From: Camelus dromedarius
Lineage: Eukaryota
Length of the DNA stretch: 64,000 nucleotides
Assembly: GCF_036321535.1 (NCBI RefSeq)
Contig: NC_087438.1
Location: forward strand, 62,001-126,000
Direction: 5' to 3'
Below the pieces are notes generated by a model. It was not told where the DNA came from, did not search any database, and saw only the letters and a program-made list of their open reading frames with translations. Positions 26,201 through 38,200 of this stretch are shown in pieces (position 1 is the first letter of the stretch; each line of letters starts with the position of its first letter). Made by a program: the position numbers and the translations under genes.

Positions 26201-29200
26201 TCATTCAAATGGGCGTTTGTCGTTTCCTTTCAGAAAGAAAGCGGGAGATTATTAAAAAATAAAAATAAATTGTCATCTCAGCCATTTTTTTTTGTAGCGT
26301 TTAAACACGCGACTGGGGAAACCGCCCCATTTCCTCTATTTCGTTGAGTCCACTAGGCACTGGCTCCACCCTCTCCTGGGTTCAAATAACGGTGAAATAG
26401 GCGCAGGTCCAGAAACAAGGCTCTTCAGCCTCCAGTGGGTGGGGGCCCGCTGTCTGCAGACCCCTCCGGTTCTCCCAGGCAGCTCCCGTCTAGTGGCTGA
26501 AGGAGGGAACTGAGTCCCGGCCTGAGCAGTGGTGTCAGGGGTGTTGGAGCAGCTCCAGTTCCTTCACACAGACCCCACTTAATAACTGTCCAATGCACTT
26601 AGTTTATTGGGGGATGTTTTTGAGGCAAGTTGAAACTAATGACGGCTAAGTTGTACATGTGTTGTAGTAGGCTGCTGGAAAGATTCATGGCTAGATCTTA
26701 AAAAGTACGATCTTTATTCATCCCCAATATTCCACAGCATACGTGTTAATTTAGGAAATGGTTTCTTGATGTAAACCTGTGCTGCTAATCAGCTGGTACA
26801 CCTGTTACTGTGACAGATACTGAGCGTGTCTCTTGATGACAAATTGGTCACGAATCATAAAAGACCCTCATCACCTTTGATCCTGTAATCCTAACCCCAG
26901 AAAATGATAATTTAAAGGAAGAAAAACTGTCATGAGAATGCTCCCTGCATTTTTTATTTACGGTGGAAATGCACAGAAGCACTGTCAGTTTCTGACAGTA
27001 GAGGCACCGCTACGTAGTCATCAGGATGGTAACTGAATAACAGAGAAACGCTTGCTGAGGGTGGCTGCCAACAAGAATACAGAACCTGTCTACATTATTA
27101 TTGCTTTTAGAATAACTAATAATAGTAATAAATTGTGCATAAGGGCACAGAAAAGTTTAGAATCTCTTTAGATATATTAGGATGAGATTCTCTTTTTTTC
27201 ATTTTCTCTATTATTGTAATAGTGTTTGTGCAGTAAGTCAGTGCTGGAATAGCGAAATTTGCGCGCACACACAAAAATACCGGAACTAAACCCAAACAGT
27301 AGCATGCAGTCCTGTTTCAGAACCTGTAGCTCCAGCTCTGACATGCCAGCGGAGTCCCACCTACCCCTGTTCTCTACCAGCCTGACACCCTCATGCCCCA
27401 CGAAGACACTGGTTCATCCATTCCTTAAATCGAAACCTTTTCTAGAGCAAGTTCTTCTCAAAGAAGCGCTTAAGGACTCACCCCATAGTCAACAGCTTGG
27501 TTGCAAACTTCACTGACCCCTTCAAATAAGCAGAAAGGACCGCTGTTTTGGGTGGGAGCTTGCATGGTGTGGGGTGTCCTGCCCGATCAGTGCGCTCTCA
27601 CCGTGGCCCCCACACCGTGATTCCAGAGGCAATGCTCTGCTTGGGGGCTGCCTGTAGGTGTCAGGAGCTTCCACCAAGGGCTGCAGGGGCAGATGAGACA
27701 TCTCAGCCCTGCCCAGGGGGGGACGACTCCTGGGAGGGGCTCACCTCTCGCCCCTGGAGCGAGACTGTGCCAAGGGTGGCTCCTTCACTTGGCTCCCCTT
27801 CCCCAGCTGTCCAGACCCCCAGGCCCCCAGGAAGAGCTGTCAGAATTAGTTTCTAGCTGCCCTGCTTTCAGTCCTGATGATTCCTTTGGGGTTTTGAGGT
27901 GCTGGGAGGCTCAGCCCCCTGCTGGACAGGTTCCGCGTCGGCTGCTAATGTCCCTCCCTCTTGTCCCAGGCCAGGCACACAGGCCTCCTCTTCCTGCATG
28001 AAGGCTGGCCACTGTGCGTCCACGAGAAGGTGGTGGTGCAGCTGGCGTCCCTCCGCGGAGTCAAGCTCAGGCCCGGGGACTTCTACCTGCAGATCACAGC
28101 GGTGGGGAGGCAGTCAGCCAGACTGGTCTTGAAATGCCTCTCCCGGCTTGGACGAGGCTCGGAGGAAGTTGCTGTACCTGAGGCCCTGTATGGCTGCGTC
28201 TTCACGGGAGAGTTTCTGGACCTGGTGAATGAGGAGCGGAACTGTGTCCCCTTGCAAAACTGTTTGCTGACCTCGGGCTCCGAGGTCTACCGCACCCCTT
28301 GGAGCAATATCACAGACCCTGTCTTTGTACCCACCACGGGAACTGGCCTGTCTAGCTGCCCCAGCCATCCCAGGCCTCAGCAGCTGCCACCCAGCAGCAC
28401 CTCGGAGACCTCAGCCCCAGAACCAGCCGTGATAAGCTCCCCTCCTCAGGGGGGCACCCCTTCCAAACACACCGCGACCGTGCCCCACCATGGTGGGCAT
28501 CCCGGCAGAGACCAGCACCTCCACCTTCCTTCCTCCCGAAGAGCTGAGTGTGAAAGCCCCAGGAACCTGTCCAGGAGTTCTGACAGAGGCATCTCGGGTG
28601 TCAGCCCCTCAGAGCAGGGCCCCTGGGAGCCCCCTGAAAGCCTTGCAGGACCAGGAGGGAGGCTGGACCCCATGGACAAGAATGATGGCCCCCAGGACCT
28701 CACCTTCCATGCAGAGGGGGGCAGCCAAAGCTCCAGGAGGCAGCCACCTAGGGCGCCGTCCAGTGTGGAGGCCAGACGCTGGTTCAGGAAGTCCTACATG
28801 GAGGCGCTGCAGAACCCCATGCCCCTAGGATCCAGCTGTGAGGAGTCCACTGGGGACGAGGCCTGTGGTTCCCAGATCCAAGGCCACAGAGCCAGGGGAG
28901 CCAGGGCAGCGACCAGCCTGATCCAGAAAGAAACAACTGGCCACCGAGGAGACCCCCAGGGGATCCCGAGTCAAGAGAGTGTTTCTGGAGCTACAGGGAG
29001 AACCCTTCCCAGGAGGTCTCAGTCCTGGGACAAGTCCCTCAGAAGCTCCCGAGGAGACACCCAGCGGGCCTCCCACCACTCAGCCAGTGCCAGTCCTGGG
29101 GGCCTCCTGGGAGGACAAGCTGTGGGGACTAGACTCACAGGGTCCAGCCGTCCAGGCACAGCGGGGAGTCCCAGCTGCACCAGTTGCACCAGAGAGGAAG

Positions 29201-32200
29201 GTAAATGTCCGCCCATCCTCCCCCTGCCCTCCCCTCTCCTCCCCTCTCCCACCCCTCTCCTCCCCTCTCCCACCCTGTCCCTCCTCTCCCTGAAACTCCA
29301 CTCACCCCCACTCCCCACCATACACCCTGCACAGCCTCTCTTCCTCCCTCCTCCTGCTCCCACCCTGTCACATTTGGTCACTTGATTGAGTAGAAGCCCG
29401 TCCGCGTACCAACTGTTGAGTTTCTGGACCTGGCGAATGGGGAGTAGAACTGTGTCCCCTTCCAAAACTGTCTGCATACTAACTGCTGAAAGCGTTTACA
29501 TGTATGCGTTTCCTGGAGCCTCCACAACAAAGTACAGCAGACTGGTGGCTCAGGACAACAGAAGTTATTCCTTACAGTTCTGGAGCCAGAAATCCTAGAC
29601 AAAGATGCCCCAGCACCTCGCTCCCTCCAGAGGCTCCAGGGGAGGGTCCTCTTCCAGCTGCTGGGGCCCCAGGCATCCCCTGGCCACACTCATTGCCCTT
29701 CTCTGTGTCTCTCTGTCTCAAACCTCCCTCTCGGTTCCCTTGTATGGACACCTATCATTGGATTTAGGGCCACCCTAAACTTCACTAATTCACTTCTGCA
29801 AAGCCCCTTTCCCAAACAAGGCCACATTTACACATTCTGGAGTGGACACCTCCTTTGGGGGTCACCATTCAGCCCACCACATTGCATTAGTACTCCTCCC
29901 AAATATATAAATCAGGTGTAATGTTCATTTTTAAATGGGACCAGGCCAGTGAGTTTGTGCTGCTTGAAGGTGTGTAACGTCACTGAGCTGTGCCTCTAAA
30001 TTCTGGAATTGCTACCTTTCCTTACAGCTCTGGAGGGAGAAGGAGATGATATAACGGCGTGTTTGCAGGGTACAAAGAAAGAGAAAGAGAGAATGACAAC
30101 GTATTTCTTAAGTCAAATATTTCTCTTTTTTTGTTCTTTTTAAATGTTTTTTAAAATTGAAGTATAGTCAGTTTACAATGTGTCAATTTCTGGTGTACAC
30201 TATAATGTTTCAGGCATACATATACATACATATATTCGTTTTCATATTATTTTTCATTATAGGTTACTACAAGATATTGAATACACTTTCCTGTGCTATA
30301 AAATATTTCCCTTTTTTGAATAAAGAAATGTTCTGTGGAGAAAAAAACAATGCCTTTGGAAGCAGTGAAGGTGTGAAAGTTCCATTGAGTCCCAGGAACC
30401 TGATGCGTCAGCTCTTCTCTCTGTGGCTCCCTCACCTGTGAGACCCACACCTGGCTGCCCACCTGGCCCTACCTGGGCTCTGCGGAAACTGCCCCTGGGC
30501 TCTGGAGACCCAGAGAGTTTCTTGCAGCTGTGGAGGGCCTCTCACTTCCAAAATTAGGTTGTCTGCTCCGCTTGAAATCCTGACAGAATTCCAAAAGTGC
30601 AGAACACACACTGGACTTACTACAAAAATTTTTATAGCAAAATTATTTACTTAGGGTTAACACTTTTAAAATATATTCTATTGCCTCACTGCAATTCAAT
30701 TAAAATTAAAATAAAAACTGGACAGCTACATGTAAAAGAATGAAATTGGAATGTTCTTTAACAGCACATACAAAAATAAGTTCAAAATGGATTAAAGACC
30801 TAAATGTAAGACCAGAAACCATAAAATTCCTAGAGGAAAACATAGACAGAACACTCTCTGACATAAATCACAGCAATATTTTTGAAGATCTGTCTCCTAG
30901 AGTAATGGAAACAAAAGGAAAAATAAACAAAGGGGACCTAATTAAATTTAAAAGTTTTGTGTAGCAAAGGAAATCATAAACAAAACGAAAAGACAACTTA
31001 CAGAATGAGAGAAAATATTTGCAAATGACACAACTGACAAAAGGCTAATTTCTAAAATATACAGCTTATGTAGTTCGATATCAAAAAAAAAAAAAAAAAA
31101 AACCAAACAACCCAATCAAAAAGTGGGCAGAAGACCTAAATAGACATTTCTCCAACGAAGATATACAGATGGCCAACAGGCACATGAAAAGATGTTTAAC
31201 ATCGCTAAGTATTAGAGAAATGCAAATCAAAACTACAATAAGTTATCAACTCACACCTGTCAGAACGGCCACAATTAAAATGTCTACGAATGATAAATGC
31301 TGGAGAGGATGTGGAGAAAAAGGAACCCTCCTACACTGCTGGTGGGAATGTAAATTGGTACAGCCATTATGGAAAACAATATGGATATTTCTTCAAAACC
31401 TAAAAATAGACTCACCATGTGATCCAGCAATCCCAGTCCTCAGCATGTATTCGGAAGACACAAAAATCTAACACGAAAAGACACATGGACCCCAGTGTTC
31501 ATACCGGCACCACTTACAATAGCCAAGACTTAGAAGCAACGTAATTGTCCACTGACAGATGACTGGATAAAGAAGATGTGGTATACACTACTAAGCCACT
31601 AAAACTGAAATAATGCCATTTGTGACAACATGGGTGGACTAGGGATTATCATACTAAGTGAAGTAAGTCGGACAGAGAGAGACGAATATCATATGATATC
31701 ACTTATATGTGGAATCTAAAAAATGATACAAGTGAATTTATTTACAAAACAGAGACTCACAGACATAGAAGACAGACTTATGGTTACCAAAGAAGAAAGT
31801 GGCAGGGGACAAACTGGGAGTTTGGGATTAACAGATGCACACTATCAACTACATCTATAAAAACAGATAAACAACAAGGCCCTGCTGTACAGCACAGGGA
31901 ACTACATTCAATACCTTGTAATAATCCATAATGGAAAATAATGTGAAAGAGAATATACACAGTATAACTGAGTCACTTTGCTGTACACCTGGAAAGTAAC
32001 ACAATATTGTAAATCAGCTATACGTCAGCTTCTAAAAAAAAGCTTCGAACAATAAAAATAATTAAAATGAAGCAATAACTCACTGACCATTGTTTCTAGG
32101 TCCTGGAAGTTCCTTTATGTCCATTTTCTTTCCTGTTTGTTTTGGACGGAAAACACACACAACCACACCCACAGGATGACGCAGTGAAAACTCATGTCTG

Positions 32201-35200
32201 CAACTTCTTCATGGCTGGGAGACAGTCTGTCTTCAGCTCCTGCGTCAATATAAACTAAATCCAGCGATTTTCTCTCAAGGGAGACATGCTAGCTGTGCAG
32301 GGCTCTCCCTGGCATAGCCCAGCGTCGCAGGCATTGCAGAACCAGGAGGTGGAAGTGGGGCCTTGGCTGGCAATTCCCCTGCGAGGAGCAGACGTCTAAG
32401 AAACTCAAGGTCTTGTCCTCAGAGATGTCGTGATCTTAAGAAATCACATCTCTTGGCCCCGCGGGCTTTGCCTACACACTAGTCAGAAATTACTTGTGAG
32501 TGGACACTGAGGCTGTTGGGTCAGAAGTCTCCCTGCCCAAAGAACCCCTGGGGAGGGGTTCACAGCCTGGGAGAGGCCTCTTCCTGGCTAAACACAAGCT
32601 GGCTGTGCAGGACAAAGGAAGACGCTGTGCATGCGCAGAAGCTGCTTCTACCCACGAGGATGTAGGTGGTGGTGCCAGAGGTCTGGTCAGAAGGGCCAGG
32701 ACCACTGATCACAGATGCAGGAGACCTGCTTCCATCCCTGCTGCCTGGGACCACACACCTGTCCCTGGAGCCCACAGTCCGTGGTGTGGGCCACACCCCA
32801 TGTGCTCATTCACAAGGAAAGAGCCTCAGAGGGGATCCCCTGCCCCCGCCTGGGTGGGGCCCCATCCTTGAGGAGATGGGTGAGGGCGAGACCCCCTCTC
32901 TGAGGGGATGGATGAGGGCGAGACCCCCTCTCTGAGGAGATGGGTGAGGGCAAGACCCCCTCTCTGAGGGGATGGGTGAGGGGTTATGTCATCCTGAGGT
33001 TTCACTCTGAGGTGACATTATTCAGTATTAAAATATTTCCCCTTAAGATGTTTTCAGGTGGTGAGGATCTGAGAAGCGACCTCCCTCATTGTCTCCTCTC
33101 TGTGTTATTTATTCATGACTTCTCAGGGAAAGCCTGACCCCTAGTCAGGCATGCTGACCTCTCCCACCGTAAAGAGGACAAATTCATAGAACTCTTGGTT
33201 TCTTCTTGTGTTTGTAGCTCACTGAGCCTCCTTCTAATCAGAGAAGTGCTTCATTTTCCACCCGGTCTCTTTCCCTCGTGCAGCCCCTGTTGATGCAGAG
33301 GCCAGCCCCCTCCGGGGAAGCAGCCTCAGCAGGTATTCAGAGCTGCCTGGAGGACTGCTGTGCCGGGAGAGAGAAGGGCGGACGCCCCACACAGGAGAGC
33401 TGCCCAGCCCAGTGCCCAGGCCAGTGCTGGAAATCAACCAGGAACTGCTGCAGTCTGGGGTGGTCACCCTCCCAGGTGAGCACGGCTGTCTAGCCAGCAG
33501 AATACACAGAGATTAACAACAGAACTTTGTTTCTCACAGTCCTGGGGCTGGACGTCTATGGTCAAGGTGCAGCACGGTGGGTTCTAGTGACTGAGAATCC
33601 TTCCTGGTTCATAGCCAGCGCCTTTTCACTTGTCCTCACGTGGCAGGTGGGCAAGGGACCTCTGTGGGGTCCCTTTCATAAGGGCACTGATCCCATTCAT
33701 GAGGGCTCCACCCTCAGACCAAAGCACCTCCCAATGTCCCCCATCCAGATTCCATCAGAATTTCAACATGAAAAATATTCAGAGCATGGCGTTGGCCCTC
33801 ACCCGCCAGGTGAGCACTGGGCTCTCCTCTCCCCCAAATCTCACACTAAGCCAGTAACTCAGCGAACGTTTGCAAACCCTGGCTCTGTAGTCCTCAAGCC
33901 TGAAGCCACACGTGTTCCCTTTGGGGTGCCCCTTTCATGACACCCCCTTGTTAGTTTGCAACCTCCTGAGAGCTTCCCAGGTAGAATCTGAAATTGGTCA
34001 CATTCTCACAGAGGCAGAAAGAGACCTGAGAAATCGGCAGACGCGCCATGTTGGTAGGTGTCAGGATTAATAAGCAGGTAATTTGTGTTGGACGACTGCG
34101 GGATTTCTGCCCTTCCCACCAGAATCTTAAAGTTTATGCAGAGGCCTCAACTGGGCTCCATCAGGTCATCATCCACATGGCCTCAACACCACATCATTAT
34201 CACAAAGCTGCATCCATGGGCAGCTTCTGGGAGCGGGGAAGGCAGAGGAGCACACAGGGCCAGGGTCCAGCTCGGGGGTCAACCTGTGGTCAAATCCTGT
34301 CAAGTGACCCTCACCAACCTCTCTCTTTCCACAGGAACCCGAGACCGGCAGGGGAGGGCGGTGGTGCAGGTCTGCACGAGGGGCCCACTCTGGTCCAGTG
34401 AACACACATCCAGTGCTGAGCTGACCCGCCTGCTCAAGTACCTCCACAGCATCCCCAGGTGGGACCGTGCCAGCCGCCACCTTTCAGACCCTTTGGGGGT
34501 GAACCCACAAGAGGTGTAACCTCGGGGGCTCCTGGGCTCTGCAGTCTGGTGCCACTGCCGCCAGCCCGATCTCCCATCTCCCCCTCATTCTGGGCCCTCG
34601 GCTGTCCCCACACACCATTGGACCCCTCTCCTCCCAGTCAGGCTCTGCCACACTCTGGCCTTGAAGTGTGCGTTGCTCTAAGCATCCTTTATTCACATGT
34701 TTATACACCACCTCATTCTAAAATAGATTTGAAGTGGCCTTGATTAGAGACATGAGCCGATACAAAGAGAATATTTAGAATAAACGGGAGGAGGTACTTG
34801 GTACCAGGAAGCAGGAAGGACCGAATCATGCTAGCTGAGACTGGTGTTTGTCACTGGGCCTCCGAGCAATTAGCAGTGCTACGTGCCAAGAAATCTCAAG
34901 AGACACATCTCCCTGGTGTGGAATTCCAGGGGAACTCCTCCTGACCCTGCGTGAGGAAAAGCAGACGTGCAGCCTCCTTCAGGGCTCTCCATGGACCAAG
35001 GGTGAAGATGGGGGTAGACAGGAGAACTGAGGTCAAGGATGGTTAAAGTGCATTATTCAGGGCCCCTCAATCCTGTCAGGTGCAGACACGCTTAGACCTC
35101 ACAGCTGTCAGACCAGGAGCCCCCGTGGTGCTGGGTGGAGGCAGTCCCCAGGGCTCAGTCTTGACCAACTCAGTTCTAGGTCAACTGTCCAGGTTTGAAC

Positions 35201-38200
35201 CCTGGCTCCGAATGACATGGGATGGTGGCAGCTGTCTGTCTCACAGGTGTGCTTCAGGGGTTGGAAATAATCTCCACGCAGTCCCAAGACCAAAGTCACG
35301 TGACACACCATCAGGTGACGTGACCTCATGTGAGAGCATGTTGGGTGATGGAGCACATATAGGAACGTGCGACCTGGTTCACCCCCACGTGACGTGAGAG
35401 CGTTCCGTGTAACCACACCTCTTCATGGTTTATCGACTTTATGTTGAAATGTCTTCTGAAGTAGCACAGGTATAATCAGTGTGGGAACATGCAGGCAGAA
35501 AAGGAATCAAGGTGTTCTCCTAGACTCCTTCACAGAGCAAGGCTCCCCATCATCTGCAGGGCTTGGTTTTACTGCCTTCAGGTGAGCCTAGGATTTGAAA
35601 CATCCTTCAGCACAGGTTGCAAAATATAATAAAGCATCTCTGAAAAAAATTAGTTTCATCCTTGCATTAGTTCCTGCTCTATAAGCCTCCAGGAAACACC
35701 TCCAAAGCCGTGGGATAACGACATTTTCTGTTTACCAGGAGCTCTCCTTCGGCCATGACAGAGAACATCTCCGATTGACAAGGCCTGTTGGGGCCACACC
35801 CTTCCAAACGCTTAGCTTCTGAGCTGTGTGCAGTGCTCTCCGCCTGGCAGTGAAATGCCCAAGATAAAGGAGTGGGACTGCCATGGGGCCTGAGGGGCCA
35901 GGGCTCCAGCTGGGGGGCCGGCCCCCCGCTTTTCCACTTTGCCGCAGCCAGTGGAGACCCACCTCCCCTCACCAGCTCATGAAGCGCTGGGAGGAAAACG
36001 TCTCTAAAGACTTCAGGAAACTCGTTCTGGAGCCTCAGGGTTTGGCTGACTGTTTCCCCACAAGCGCTGTCACTTTGTTACATCCTGACGATGAGCAGCA
36101 CCTTGAGAAGCCATGAGGTACCTGGGATGTCAGCGTCTTGGGGAGGTGCATCCTGCAGAGTCTCACTCCCGGCTCCCACAGATGTGTTCTGAGAGCGTGC
36201 CTCGGGGACAGACCGCCATGCCAGTCTCGGATATGTGGCGTCTTGGAAAGGGTCTTGGCTGCCACTCATCCAGCCTCCTGTGGGTGCAGGAATTGACCTG
36301 TCCGTCCCTCTGCCGACACTTGCTCGGAACACAGAAGCTCTGAAGGAGACACGTGTGTGGACCCAAGTGATCACAGCCCCCAGCGTGAGACAAGCCCATG
36401 GAGCTTGGGAGGAGCCGCAGCCACAGCCTGGCTGGACCTCCAAACACGCTCTGCATCCTGGAGGTGGGCAAGTGTTTGCAGACACAAAGCTCCTGGGCAA
36501 TCGGCCACTTTCTGAGTCAGGACATGGCCCTGACGCAGGCGGTGAGTGAGGATGAAGGACACTGTAGAGGCAGCAGGCCTTCCTGGGCCAGAACCATGGT
36601 GTGCGGCAGCTGAGGGGCCAGTGGTAGCAGGGCAGTTCTGTGGCTTCTGCAGAAACGCAGACTGGACGCCCAGGGCTGGTGTGCACAGATGACCAGGGAC
36701 CCCAGGGGCTAGACTGGGGGAGCCTGCAGGTGGACCAAGACAGGAAGCAGAGGGGCTAAGGAGCCACTCTGTCCACCATGGGGGCAGGGGGGTGGGCAGC
36801 AGAACAGAAGCAGATCTGGTCTGGGAGTTCATGGGCAGTTTCCTCCCTTCTAATCCGGTGCCAGCGTGGCTGCAGGAATGAGTAAAGGGTCTGTCTGGGG
36901 CGCCCAGGACCAGGGTCTGGCAGCTATCTGACCCAGGAATAGCCCCAGGAAGGGCAGGGTGATCTCTCAGCACAGTCACCAAGCGGACGATTGCGGAGGA
37001 GAAGCTGTGGTCCTGCCAGAGGCCTCTTGCTGGACGCAGACTCTGGGGTGCAGTCGACTTTGTGGGTGAAGGAAAACCCCAGGGCTGGGGGCCCACAACA
37101 GAGCAAGATCTAGCCGTCCCTGCCCCGAGTAGCACTGGGCCCCCGAGGAAGTGAAGTGTGGTGCCCAGCTCCTGGCAGAACTGACCAGGACTGCAAGGAG
37201 AAGGCCTCGGTGCAGGGACTCCGCGCCCACCGCCTGCTCCCACCTGGGCCTCCCAGAGCAGTCAGTGCTGGTGCATCCATCCTTGATCTGCAGCTCCACT
37301 TCTGTCCTCAGGAACTGGTCTTCCCCTGGAAACACCCTTCAAAATGTTCTTGAGCACTCATACCCCAAAATGAACACAGCCTGACTCGGGGCAAACAGGG
37401 ACCCAGCACTAAAAGTCGGTGTGGCTTTGCCGCTTTTGTGTGAGTGGACGTCACGCCCCCGGCTCAGTGAGTGCTGCATGTTCAGTTAAAGACTAGCATC
37501 CAGACGTACACCTGAAGTAGAATGCTAACTGATGCTGGAGTCAGGGCTGGAGACAGATCCCGGGGAACACCGAAACCTTTGAAGAGTGAATGTATCAACT
37601 GCCAGCCTGTTATTCTTTCCTCCCAAATTTAGAACAGGAGCTTCCGCACACTCACAATAGAGACAAAGCTTTTAAATGGGGATTTCAAAAGCAGGTGGCG
37701 AGATGTTTAGTTTCAGGGGCTGCTCTGCAGTCCTGCATCAGCTCTGGGTCAGTGACGCCCCAACAGACAGACTAGTGAAGGAAGCTCTGGAGCCCTGGTC
37801 TTCTGACAAAGGCCTGCTTCATCCACCCAGAGCTGCCCCTGGAGGCAGTGCAGTGGGCAAGGGAGATGGTAACCCCGCAGACGTGGCGCTTCCCTGGCCT
37901 GGAGATGCGTCCGCTGCAGTGAGTCCTCTCTGCCCTGCCTCCAGCTGATAAGAAGCTGATTCCTCAGGAGCAGAAGGCTGATGTATGAAAAGTCAAGTCC
38001 TGAACTTCTGGAGCCAGGATCTGGGAGGGGATGCGTCCCCTCCAGTGATGGAGAAACTTGTTCTGGAAGAGATATAATACCTCCTGCCTTTCTTTCTCCA
38101 GGAAAGAGGTACGGGAGCGGGGCCTGGTCATCCTGGTGGACGCACGCAAGAGACTGGCCACCCCTGCCCTCTTGCGGGCCCTGGCAGCACTGCAGGTGAG

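Noticed and set aside
36371..37243. 290-aa minus-strand ORF
   Set aside because: Low-complexity P/G/S/A-rich with no family resemblance or exon structure.
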